From positions 628,155-692,154 of the forward strand of contig CAVVAV010000002.1 in assembly GCA_963746405.1 (NCBI GenBank): a stretch of DNA of 64,000 bases, read 5' to 3'. Shown here piece by piece: positions 42,300 through 50,995 of this stretch. Below the pieces are notes generated by a model, which was not told the origin of the DNA, searched no databases, and saw nothing but the letters and a program-made list of their open reading frames with translations. Within the stretch, counting starts at the first letter, position 1. Every line of letters starts with the position of its first letter. The position numbers and the translations under genes were made by a program. The DNA comes from an uncultured Chloroflexia bacterium (GTDB taxonomy: Bacteria; Chloroflexota; Limnocylindria; Limnocylindrales; CSP1-4).

Positions 42300-43156
42300 T
42301 CGATTCCCTGCCCGCCGGCAGCGCGACCGTCGTCCTTGGCCTCGCCGCCGCTGCGGCATGGGGCGCTGGGGATTTCGGTGGCGGGCTGCTGAGCCGACGT
42401 GCCCCGGTCTACGGCGTCGTCCTGCTGTCCCAGTTCGTCGGGATGACGATCGCCCTCGGCCTCGCGTTCGTGCGCGCGGAGGGAGTCCCCACCGGCACGG
42501 ACCTGCTGCTGTGTCTGCTCGCCGGCGTGGCCGGTGGTCTCGGGATCACCGCCCTCTATCGCGGGCTGGCGATCGGCCGGATGGGCATCGTCGCGCCGGT
42601 GACCGGGGTGCTGGCGGCCGTCATCCCGGTCGTGGCCGGGATCGTCCTCGAGGGTGTCCCGGGCGTCATGGTCCTCGCCGGTATCGGCCTCGCGATCCTC
42701 GCGGTCGTGCTCGTCTCGCGTGTGGCCGACGAGGGCGGCGGGCGGGCCGGGCTGACCGAGGCGCTCGTCGCCGGTGTGGCGATCGGCTCGTTCGGCATCG
42801 TCATCTCCGGGCTGAGCGAGGGTCAGGTCTTCAGCTCGCTCACCGTCATCCGGCTCGTCCAGGGTGCCCTCGTGATCGCCATCGTGCTGGTCACCCGTGC
42901 CAAATGGCGCCCGCCCACGGACGCGGTCCCGGCCATCGTCGTCGTCGGCGTGCTGGACATGGCCGGCAACAGCTTCTACCTGCTCGCGGTCCAGACCGGC
43001 GCCCTGGCCGTGGCGTCCGTGCTGTCGGCGCTGTATCCGGTGGCCACCGTCATCCTGGCAGCGCTCGTCCTCCGCGAACGCGTGACCCGCGATCACACGG
43101 TCGGGATCGCCCTCGCGGCTGCGGCGATCGTCCTCATCGGCCTCGGCTCCGCGTAG
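42296..43156 (+). CDS. EamA/DMT family transporter, probable CTG start
   Basis: The conserved first TM GLAAAAAWGAGDFGGG lies in-frame upstream of ATG 42443. The only plausible start is CTG at 42296 overlapping the upstream TGA, with GGGAG 7 nt before it. Confidence 0.85.
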   Translation: MIDSLPAGSATVVLGLAAAAAWGAGDFGGGLLSRRAPVYGVVLLSQFVGMTIALGLAFVRAEGVPTGTDLLLCLLAGVAGGLGITALYRGLAIGRMGIVAPVTGVLAAVIPVVAGIVLEGVPGVMVLAGIGLAILAVVLVSRVADEGGGRAGLTEALVAGVAIGSFGIVISGLSEGQVFSSLTVIRLVQGALVIAIVLVTRAKWRPPTDAVPAIVVVGVLDMAGNSFYLLAVQTGALAVASVLSALYPVATVILAALVLRERVTRDHTVGIALAAAAIVLIGLGSA

Positions 43157-43166
43157 ACTGCCCGCC

Positions 43167-43271
43167 ATGCCCGATCTTCCCGGCGACGCCGTGATCGAAT
43201 CGATCTGGCTCGTGGAGGCCACCTACGCTCCGGGCACGGCCGTCGGACGGGTCACGCGACCGGCTCCCTGA
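43167..43271 (+). pseudogene. 34-codon ORF, possible internally deleted YCII-like gene remnant
   Basis: TAGACT 7 nt before ATG; MPDLPGDAVIESIWLVEATYAPGTAVGRVTRPAP*. Family resemblance is from recall only. Confidence 0.35.
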
Positions 43272-43788
43272 CCCGGCGTAGGACATCGAGGCCGGCGACG
43301 TCGAGCGGCGTGCGGAGATGGACGACGTGATCGAATCCTTCCCTCTTCAGCTGTCCGTCGTCGACAGTGCGTCTGACGGCCGCGAGGTGGCGTTTGACGA
43401 CGTCACGCTCGACGACGCGCGCGGCACGCTTGCCGTTCTGGGCGAGGACCATCCGTGACGGCAGGTCGAGGACGATCGCGATGGCTGGGACACGGGCGCG
43501 CCGGGCGGCGGCGACGAGCGGCCGCCGCTGCTCGGCCTTCGTGTTCGTGGCATCGACGACCGTCATGTCGCCGCGGGCGAGGCGCCGGCGGAGGGTGTCG
43601 TGGAGGATGCGGAACGCGACCGACGAGGCGGACTGATCGGCCTCGCTGCCCGACACCGCGGCGCGCAGGGCATCCGAGGAGAGGATCTCGTCCGATTCGA
43701 ACAGACGGGCTGCGAGCGTGGACTTCCCGGAGCCTGCCGCCCCGACCATGACGACGAGGCTGGGGTCGGGCAGGACGAGCGTGGACAC
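43252..43788 (-). CDS. AAA_33 P-loop kinase (polynucleotide-kinase-like)
   Basis: VVMVGAAGSGKST, LSSDALR, TVVDATN, EGF. Confidence 0.88.
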   Translation of the reverse strand: MSTLVLPDPSLVVMVGAAGSGKSTLAARLFESDEILSSDALRAAVSGSEADQSASSVAFRILHDTLRRRLARGDMTVVDATNTKAEQRRPLVAAARRARVPAIAIVLDLPSRMVLAQNGKRAARVVERDVVKRHLAAVRRTVDDGQLKREGFDHVVHLRTPLDVAGLDVLRRVREPVA

Positions 43789-43806
43789 CCGGGGCTTGCG
43801 TTCTGC

Positions 43807-44679
43807 CTAGGTCACGACTCGGCGCCGTACCTCGTACCCGCCGCCCTCTGCGTTGCGGATCTCGTAGCTCGGCTGGTCGTAGACGGTCGGTCCCTGGCGC
43901 GCGAGCCCATCGCTCAGTCGGTAACGTGAGGCGTGCCACGGGCACTCGACGCATCCGTCGACGATCGTGCCCTCGTCGAGCGGACCGCCCGCGTGGGCGC
44001 ATACCGCGTGCAAGGCATGGACCGTGTCGCCCAGGCGGACCACGACGAGGTCGTTGATGCCGGCGCGCATCTTCGTGGGTGTCGCCTCCGGCAGCGCGCC
44101 AAGGTCGGCGACATCGCCGGTGTCCAGCCTGATCCACTTCGTGCCGGCGCCTCGGAAGGCGTGGCGATTGACCATGTTGCCCAGGACGTACACGACGTCG
44201 CCGCCGACGAACGCCCCGGCGGACACGATGAGGAACCCGATGATCGACAACGCGACCGGCACGGTCCGATCGGCGGGGCCGCCCGCTCGCACGATGGCTG
44301 AGATCACGAGCAGCACGAGCGCGACGACCATGAGCGTCGAATGCAGCGTCGCTCTGGTCAGGGCGGTGCCGTTGGTATCCGCATAGTCGGCGAGGCCCGA
44401 GAGCGCCGAGAGCAGCATCGTGACGATCGTCGCGAGCAGGACGATGTCGGCCGCGGACGGCTGGCCGATGAGATCGAGGACGACGACGCCCAGCAGCAGC
44501 CCGATCGGCAGATCGGTCGATGCGGCATGGAGGGGATGGCCCAGCCAGCGGCCGTTCAGCAGGTCCCTGATCGGCCGGATCGGCCGGAAGATCGCGGAGA
44601 CCCAGCGACGGTTGAATTCGCCGAGGGGTCGTGCCCAGCCGTCGTTCATCGCCACGAGGCGAGCCAGCAATCGAGCCAC
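43807..44679 (-). CDS. DUF2231 membrane domain plus Rieske 2Fe-2S protein
   Basis: GRWLGHPLH..TDLPIG TM domain; CAHAGGPL...ECPWHASRY Rieske motif. Confidence 0.9.
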   Translation of the reverse strand: MARLLARLVAMNDGWARPLGEFNRRWVSAIFRPIRPIRDLLNGRWLGHPLHAASTDLPIGLLLGVVVLDLIGQPSAADIVLLATIVTMLLSALSGLADYADTNGTALTRATLHSTLMVVALVLLVISAIVRAGGPADRTVPVALSIIGFLIVSAGAFVGGDVVYVLGNMVNRHAFRGAGTKWIRLDTGDVADLGALPEATPTKMRAGINDLVVVRLGDTVHALHAVCAHAGGPLDEGTIVDGCVECPWHASRYRLSDGLARQGPTVYDQPSYEIRNAEGGGYEVRRRVVT

Positions 44680-44722
44680 GGTTCACACCTCCCTGGGGAG
44701 ACTGTACGCCCGGCGCGATGCC

Positions 44723-44818
44723 TGTGGATGCCCTTGAGGCCGCTTCTCCACACGCCGTCCACAACGGTGGGAAAGTCGGGGATAAGGTCGCGCGACCACG
44801 ACCGATGTTCGTGGATAA
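44723..44818. repeat. Cluster of six DnaA-box-like 9-mers
   Basis: Read in TTATCCACA orientation: GCATCCACA (44723, -), TTCTCCACA (44744, +), CCGTCCACA (44755, +), TTTCCCACC (44766, -), TTATCCCCG (44777, -), TTATCCACG (44810, -). Confidence 0.5.
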
Positions 44819-44823
44819 GGCGG

Positions 44824-44852
44824 TTGTGGCCCCAAACCGTTGCATCTACATT
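44824..44852 (+). promoter_or_regulatory. Sigma70-type promoter for the downstream ncRNA
   Basis: TTGTGG-17 nt-TACATT, 7 nt before the 5' end of the predicted RNA stem. Confidence 0.65.
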
Positions 44853-44859
44853 TCGTCTT

Positions 44860-45045
44860 GCCCGAAGGGGCAGGTGCGAACCGCCAGAACCGCACCGGGG
44901 AGCGATCCTCGGGACGGTCTCGGGAACCAGGTTCGAGGGTCGCAAGGCCAGCGGACGAGGTTCTCGGGCGGCACCCGGAGACTCCGGACTTGTTCGGAGC
45001 CGAAGGGAGGCCGACCGGCTGGTTTTCCCACCAGTTCCTTCGGGC
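44860..45045 (+). ncRNA. ssrS: About 186-nt rod-shaped ncRNA, probable 6S RNA
   Basis: 5' GCCCGAAGG pairs with 3' CCTTCGGGC; stacked helices GGTG/CACC, CCAG/CTGG, GAGCGA/TTGTTC, GTCTC/GAGAC, GAACC/GGTTC; central bubble; GGGAGC and GGCACCC motifs; own promoter; intergenic. Confidence 0.6.
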
Positions 45046-45128
45046 GCTTTCGTGTGCGCTGCCGTCCGCGACGGGCGCGCGGTCACCGGGGGCGGCACGA
45101 CGCATCCGGGTCGCGGTAGGCTCGCGCC

Positions 45129-46394
45129 GTGACCCTCGAGCGCGGACCGATCCCGGCCCGGCCACGCCCCGCGCAGGACTGGCGCGTCCTGGTCGCGGTC
45201 TTCTGGATCACCTCGCTCGTCGAGGGTCTCGGCGTGAGCCAGATCTTCGCCCTGCTCCCGACCTACCTGCGCGGCATGGGCGTGCCGGAAGCGGACCGGC
45301 TGGCATTCGTGGGCCTGTTCGGCTCGCTGATCTTCGTCGTCGGGATGCCGCTCGTCCCGCTGTGGGGCGTCTGGGCTGACAAGTACAGCCGCAAGGCCGT
45401 CATCGTCCGGAGCGCGCTCGTGGAGGCGGTCGTCTTCGCCGGCGTCGCGCTGTCCAGGGAACCGTGGCAACTCGCCCTGAGCGTCCTGCTCATCGGGTTC
45501 CAGCTCGGGAATACCGGGGTCATGCTGGCCGGGATCCGCGACGTGACGCCCTCCCGCCGGCTCGGCACGACGATCGCGATCTTCGGAGCATCCGGACCGA
45601 TCGGGTTCGCCGTCGGCCCGGCCCTGGCCGGTCTCCTGATCGACGGCCTCGGCTGGTCGCTGCCGGCGGTCTTCTGGTTGTCGGCGGGCCTGTCGGTCGT
45701 GACCGCGTTGCTCGTGGCGTTCGGGTCGCGCGAGGTGCGGCCCGAGGTCGTCCCGACGGGACGCGTCATCGACCTCGCGTTCGGCGCGGTCCGCGGCGTC
45801 CTCGCCGACCCGATCGTCCGCCGCATCTTCCTCATCTTCGGCGTCTCGTTCCTGGCGACCCAGATGACCCGGCCGTACATCCCCGTCCTCGTCGAGGGGC
45901 TTGCCGGCACCGGCCCGGGCCTGGCGTCGGCGATCGCGCTGGTGATGGGCACGGCCGCCCTCGTCGGCGGGGTGATCTCGCCGCTCGGCGGTGTCCTGGG
46001 CGACCGGATCGGCTTCCGGGCCGTCCTCGTCGGCGCACTCGTCGCAGGCGGGATCGTGCTGCTCGCGATGCCGTTCGTCCCGAGCGTGGGCGCCCTCGCG
46101 GCGCTGGCGGTCGTGTCCGGCGCGGCCACCGCTGCGGTGAGCGCCATGGTGTTCGGACTGCTCGCCCTCGACGTCCCACCGGAGCGGCGATCGGCGACCC
46201 TCAACCTCGTGTACCTCCCGCTCTACGCGGCCGGCATCCTCGGGCCGGCGATCGGGGCGGGCGTCGTGACCGTGACGGGCCTCGCCGGCCCGTTCCTGGT
46301 GGCCGGCCTCGTGTTCATCGCGGGCGCGGTCGTCATCGCCGTCCGCCCGACCCGTGCGCGCGTGCCGATGGCCGACCCGGTCGACCGGAGCTGA
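45129..46394 (+). CDS. MFS transporter (DHA1-like, 12 TM)
   Basis: WGVWADKYSRK and GVLGDRIGFR motif A, multiple TM segments. Confidence 0.9.
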   Translation: MTLERGPIPARPRPAQDWRVLVAVFWITSLVEGLGVSQIFALLPTYLRGMGVPEADRLAFVGLFGSLIFVVGMPLVPLWGVWADKYSRKAVIVRSALVEAVVFAGVALSREPWQLALSVLLIGFQLGNTGVMLAGIRDVTPSRRLGTTIAIFGASGPIGFAVGPALAGLLIDGLGWSLPAVFWLSAGLSVVTALLVAFGSREVRPEVVPTGRVIDLAFGAVRGVLADPIVRRIFLIFGVSFLATQMTRPYIPVLVEGLAGTGPGLASAIALVMGTAALVGGVISPLGGVLGDRIGFRAVLVGALVAGGIVLLAMPFVPSVGALAALAVVSGAATAAVSAMVFGLLALDVPPERRSATLNLVYLPLYAAGILGPAIGAGVVTVTGLAGPFLVAGLVFIAGAVVIAVRPTRARVPMADPVDRS

Positions 46395-46589
46395 CGGGAT
46401 TCCCCGGTACCGCCACCTGGCGAGGGTCGCGCCGACGGTCGTGCCCCAGACGACGCGCCGGCGCGATCGATGTGATCACGACCGCATCGTCGTGGGGGGC
46501 GCGCCGACTCGACCAGACCGACCATCCCCGTCGGCCGTTCCGGGAAATCCACTAGCCGTCCGGTCATGACCCTCTGCTACTGTCGAGGC

Positions 46590-48314
46590 ATGGGTCAGCC
46601 ACTCCGAGATCGGGCCTCGATCGTCATCGCCGGCGTCGGCGTGATCATCTCGCTCGTCGTGGTCCTGTTCGGCCGGTTCGACCCTGGCGTGGTGCTGACC
46701 ATCTCGGGTCCCTACGTCATCGTCGACGACGTCGAGCCCCGCAGCATCGCGGCCCAGAACGGGCTGCATCCGGGCATGGTCGTCCTGGAGCTAGGGGGCG
46801 TCACCCTGGTCCAGATGCCGCACTACGTGGAACACGAACCCGAGGTCGGAGCGACACCGAACCCCATCACCGGGGAATTCCCACCCGACGAGCCGCGGAT
46901 CGAGCCGCCCGCCCCGATCGTCGTGGATCTCGACCCGGCGGTCGTCGAGGAGTTGCTCAGCCTGCCCCCGATGCACCTCATCGCGGTGGACCCGTGGGTG
47001 GTCGAGAGCCAGGCGGCCGGCGTCGAGGAATCGGGTGTCTTCCCCGACGGGTACCAGGTCGTCTACCTGTATGACGACGGCGTCGACGGCATCCGGATGC
47101 GACTACCGACGCTGATCGCGGGGGCGCTGCTCCTGCTCGTGATCGGCTGGTGGCTGGCCAGCGGCCGGGGCGGCCCGGCACTACGACCACTGGCCGTCCC
47201 CGTCGCGCTGGCGACGAGCATGCCGTTCGTGGTGGAACCCTTGTACGCCTCCTGGTCGCCGCCGATGGTCGCGCTGGCCGGCATCCTCACGACGGCCGCG
47301 ATGCTGCCGTTGGCCATCGCGTTACTGGAACGCATCGACGACGCCGCGATCCGTCGGGGGATCACGCTCGGCGTGGCGGGTGTGACCGTGACGGCGGCAC
47401 TGGTGAGCGTGATCGCGTTGTGGACGCCCCCGTGGCACGGCGAGGATCTCCTGCGCTGGACGTTGATCGCGGCGATCCCTTTGCTCCCTGGGCTCGCGGC
47501 CGCCGGTCCGATCCAGCGCACGGGATCGACACCGTTGGCCAGCGGCCGTCTTCTCGAGACCGCGGAATACGCAGCCGTCGGTGCCACGCCGGGAATCGCA
47601 CTCGCGTCCGCCGGCCCGGGGAATGGCGTGCCGCTGCTCTTGTGGTTCCTGCTTGTCCTCTCGGCCGGCCGGTTCACGATCCGGCCTCTCGCTCGACTCG
47701 CCACCCGCGCCACGCTCCAGCGGGACCTCGTCGTGGCTGCCACCGAAGCCGAGCGCGCCCGGGTCGCCGCGGACATCCATGACGATGCGCTCCAGGAGCT
47801 CACGCTGCTCGTGCATCGACTCGACGCCGCCGGCGACACCGAGGGAGCGGACATCGCCCGGACCGTGTCGGATCGGCTGCGCGCCATCTGCGGCGACCTG
47901 CGGCTACCGATCCTCGACGACCTCGGTGTCGGGCCCGCGCTTGATTGGCTCGTCCTCCGCATCGAACGGCTGGCCGGAGGCGAGGTCCGCCTCGAGCGCT
48001 CGGACGGGACGCGCCCACCGGCAGACGTGGAGCTCGCCTTCTTCAGGGTCGCCCAGGAGGCACTGGCGAATGCCGTGAAGCACGGCAAGCCGCCGATCCT
48101 CGTGCGCTACGCGACCACGCCTGGTGGGGCGACACTCTCGATCGATGACGCGGGTCCCGGCATCGAGCCCGATGCGGGCGAGGGCGCCGACCGTGCCGGC
48201 CACTTCGGCCTGCTGAACATGCAGCAGCGCGCGGAGGCCATCGGGGCGATCCTGGACGTCCGACGCTGGCCATCGGGCGGCACCCATGTCGCGCTGGACT
48301 GGCGGGCGAGCTGA
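46590..48314 (+). CDS. Membrane sensor histidine kinase (HisKA_3/NarX type) with PDZ-like extracellular region
   Basis: ERARVAADIHDDALQ H-box, FRVAQEALANAVKH N-box, DDAGPG, HFGLLNMQQRA, GGT. Confidence 0.92.
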   Translation: MGQPLRDRASIVIAGVGVIISLVVVLFGRFDPGVVLTISGPYVIVDDVEPRSIAAQNGLHPGMVVLELGGVTLVQMPHYVEHEPEVGATPNPITGEFPPDEPRIEPPAPIVVDLDPAVVEELLSLPPMHLIAVDPWVVESQAAGVEESGVFPDGYQVVYLYDDGVDGIRMRLPTLIAGALLLLVIGWWLASGRGGPALRPLAVPVALATSMPFVVEPLYASWSPPMVALAGILTTAAMLPLAIALLERIDDAAIRRGITLGVAGVTVTAALVSVIALWTPPWHGEDLLRWTLIAAIPLLPGLAAAGPIQRTGSTPLASGRLLETAEYAAVGATPGIALASAGPGNGVPLLLWFLLVLSAGRFTIRPLARLATRATLQRDLVVAATEAERARVAADIHDDALQELTLLVHRLDAAGDTEGADIARTVSDRLRAICGDLRLPILDDLGVGPALDWLVLRIERLAGGEVRLERSDGTRPPADVELAFFRVAQEALANAVKHGKPPILVRYATTPGGATLSIDDAGPGIEPDAGEGADRAGHFGLLNMQQRAEAIGAILDVRRWPSGGTHVALDWRAS

Positions 48315-48955
48315 TCCGGGTCGGGATCGTCGACGATCATCCGGTCGTGGGCGAGGGGACCGCGGCGATCCTGCGGGCGGAGCCGGACATCGAGATCATC
48401 ACGGTGGCGCCGTCGCTCGAGACGGCCGAGGCCGAAGGGCTGTTCGATGGAGATCGCGTCGACGTCGTGCTGCTGGACATCCGGCTGGGGACGGACAGCG
48501 GGCTGCGGGCCTTGAGCTCGGTGCGAACGGCCGACGGCGATGCGACCGGGGCCCCGCCCGCCCGACCGGCGGTCATCGTCCTGACCGCGTACGACTACCC
48601 GCAGTACGCGGACGCCGCGCTGCGTCTCGGGGCGGCCGGGTTCGTGCTCAAGACCGCGCCACTCCCCGAGCTGGTCGATGCGATCCGGCGGGTCGCCGCG
48701 GGCGGTCTGGCCTTCTCGGTGCGCCCGACGACCGCCGGTCTTGCCCGCCTTTCCCCGCGCGAGCATGACGTCGTGCGCCTCGTTGCGGACGGCCGCACGA
48801 ATGACGAGATCGGGGCGGCCCTGCAGATCGGTTCGAAGACGGTCGAGACGCACCTCGCGCGGCTGTTCGAACGGCTCGGCGTGGCATCGCGGACGGAACT
48901 CGCCATGCGGGCGGTGCGCGAAGGTTGGCTGGACGTGCCGCCGGGCGACCGCTAA
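48311..48955 (+). CDS. NarL/LuxR family response regulator, probable CTG start
   Basis: Receiver beta-1 IRVGIVDDHPVV is encoded upstream of GTG 48347, from CTG 48311 overlapping the kinase TGA; VLLDIRL; LSPRE...KTVETH HTH. Confidence 0.92.
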   Translation: MIRVGIVDDHPVVGEGTAAILRAEPDIEIITVAPSLETAEAEGLFDGDRVDVVLLDIRLGTDSGLRALSSVRTADGDATGAPPARPAVIVLTAYDYPQYADAALRLGAAGFVLKTAPLPELVDAIRRVAAGGLAFSVRPTTAGLARLSPREHDVVRLVADGRTNDEIGAALQIGSKTVETHLARLFERLGVASRTELAMRAVREGWLDVPPGDR

Positions 48956-49872
48956 GCGACCGAGGGACGAGGCGGCTGGGTCACGGACGGATCGCCCGTG
49001 GCCACCGCGGCTGCCGGCTTCCTGGGTGGCGCCGGCTCCTGGAGCGCGATGACCGCCAACAGCATCGTGAGGCCGCCGTACCAGAGGGCGGGGAGTGCCA
49101 GCATCCCGGCCACGGGCACCGTCCAGCGACGGTTCGTCCGCGCGCCCCAGACCACCAACGCCACGGCGAAGGGCAGCCGGACGACGAACGGGATGGGCAC
49201 CGCCGCCCAGGTGCCGTCCCGGCCAGCGACGCGGGTCAGCACGCCCGCCCACTGCGCCCACGCATCCGGCAACGTCACGAACGACACCGCCACGATCAAC
49301 GCGGTCGCGCCCAGCGCGATGAACAGCTGGCGCCACTCGCCACGGACCACGAACCAGAGCAGCCCGATGCCGGGCGTGATCTTCGTCAGGAGGACCAGCG
49401 CCCAGGTGGCGGGCCACCGGAACCCCAGCACCATGGCGGCCGCGAGAAGCAGGTGGATGTTGCCGCCGGCGAGCTCCATGAGGCCGACCACGACGCCCAC
49501 GGCGAACCACTTCCTGCCCGTCAGCACGAAGACGGCTGCCAGCAGGGTCCCCGTCCAGACGGCCACGTAGGCCTGCCATGGCAGGGCTCGGATCGGCTCG
49601 AGGAGTTGCAGGAACGCCGGCGAGTACACGTACGCGATCGGATCCGTCCAATCCGACCGCGCATACGGATCGGCCAACGACGGGAACCAGTAGCAATAGG
49701 CGTCCTGCCCAGTCCCCCACAGCCGACCGAACGGCTCGGAGAACACCACGATCGCGACCCAGATCGCGGCGACGAGTGCCAGCCCCACGATCTCGTGCCG
49801 ATGCTGCCATGCACGCGAGGCCAAGGACGCGTGCTCGGTCGCCGTGCGTCGGTCGATCGATAGGTCGGTCAT
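48952..49872 (-). CDS. Glycosyltransferase family 87 (DUF2029) membrane protein
   Basis: DAYCYW, YVYSPAF, GGNIHLLLA, LTKITPG, RGEWR; multiple TM segments. Confidence 0.8.
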   Translation of the reverse strand: MTDLSIDRRTATEHASLASRAWQHRHEIVGLALVAAIWVAIVVFSEPFGRLWGTGQDAYCYWFPSLADPYARSDWTDPIAYVYSPAFLQLLEPIRALPWQAYVAVWTGTLLAAVFVLTGRKWFAVGVVVGLMELAGGNIHLLLAAAMVLGFRWPATWALVLLTKITPGIGLLWFVVRGEWRQLFIALGATALIVAVSFVTLPDAWAQWAGVLTRVAGRDGTWAAVPIPFVVRLPFAVALVVWGARTNRRWTVPVAGMLALPALWYGGLTMLLAVIALQEPAPPRKPAAAVATGDPSVTQPPRPSVA

Positions 49873-49938
49873 GAGCGACCGGACTGTACGCCATGCACCG
49901 GCCGGCGTCGCTTGCGCCGCGTGCCGTAGGATGGGATC

Positions 49939-50943
49939 GTGCCGAACCTCGCGCTCCCCCGCCCGCTGCCGCGACCTCGCCGCCGTCCGACCGGACCGGC
50001 GGACGAGGTCATGCCCAACCTCGTCTCGGAGCCCGAGATCATCGAGGAGGCCGGCCTGCGCTGGATCCATATCGAGTCGCCGCGGACCGCCGACCGCGAC
50101 TGGCTCGAGGAGCAGTACCCGCACTTCCACCCCCTCGACATCGAGGACGTGTATTCGCGGAACCAGCGCCCCAAGCTGGACCAGTACGACGATTACGTCT
50201 TCATCGTCCTCCACTTCCCGCTCTTCGACAAGGACAGCGGTCGGATCCTGACGGCGGAGCTCGACCTGTTCCTTGGACCGGATTACCTCATCACGCTCCC
50301 GAACATCCCGCTGCCGCCGTTGTCGGCGATGTTCGACCGCTATCGCGAGAAGTCCGACCTGCGCCAGGAGGTCTTCTCGAAGGGCTCGGGCTACCTGCTC
50401 TACAAGATCGTCGACACCGGCGTCGACGCGTCGTTCCCGATGCTGCGCAAGACGAACCTGAAGCTCGAGCGCCTCGAGGACGACATCTTCGAAGGCCGTT
50501 CGTCCGAGATCGTGCGTGAGATCTCCGAGGTGAAGCAGGAGATCATCAATTTCCGCAAGATCGTGCGTCCCCAGCGCGCCGTTCTCCGCGATCTGGAGCG
50601 CACGAAGCAGCGCTACCTGCAGGAAGAGCTCGAGATCTACTTCGACGACATCTCCGACGCCGCGGAGCGGATCTGGGACATGCTCGAGAACTACAAGGAG
50701 GTCATCGAAGGGCTCGAGTCGACGAACGAGTCGGTGTTGTCGCACCGGCTGAACGACTCGTTCCGGATCCTCACCGCCGCGAGCGTGCTGCTCCTGCCGC
50801 TCACGCTCATCGCCAGCATCTTCGGGATGAACGTCCACTTCCCCGGCGAAGGGGAGGGCACGACGTTCTTCGTCATCCTTGGCCTCATGGCGTTGCTGCT
50901 CCTGGGCCTGGTCGTGCTGTTCCGGCGGCGCGGCTGGCTGTAG
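49939..50943 (+). CDS. corA: CorA family Mg2+/Co2+ transporter
   Basis: FHPLDIED...QRPKLD, LLYKIVD, PLTLIASIFGMN (GMN), two C-terminal TM, RRRGWL. Confidence 0.95.
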   Translation: MPNLALPRPLPRPRRRPTGPADEVMPNLVSEPEIIEEAGLRWIHIESPRTADRDWLEEQYPHFHPLDIEDVYSRNQRPKLDQYDDYVFIVLHFPLFDKDSGRILTAELDLFLGPDYLITLPNIPLPPLSAMFDRYREKSDLRQEVFSKGSGYLLYKIVDTGVDASFPMLRKTNLKLERLEDDIFEGRSSEIVREISEVKQEIINFRKIVRPQRAVLRDLERTKQRYLQEELEIYFDDISDAAERIWDMLENYKEVIEGLESTNESVLSHRLNDSFRILTAASVLLLPLTLIASIFGMNVHFPGEGEGTTFFVILGLMALLLLGLVVLFRRRGWL

Positions 50944-50995
50944 GCTGGGGCATCGCCCGATCGGAACGGATCGGCGGCACGACGTGGATGCCCGG

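Noticed and set aside
44680..44860. Possible oriC
   Set aside because: No dnaA/dnaN context, no AT-rich unwinding element and no perfect box; kept only as a DnaA-box-like cluster.
44871..44910. GGTG...CACCGGGGAGCGA resembles the ZTP (pfl) riboswitch core
   Set aside because: The upstream GACTGGCG and downstream CGCCTGGGCA pseudoknot elements are missing; end-to-end pairing fits a 6S-like rod better.
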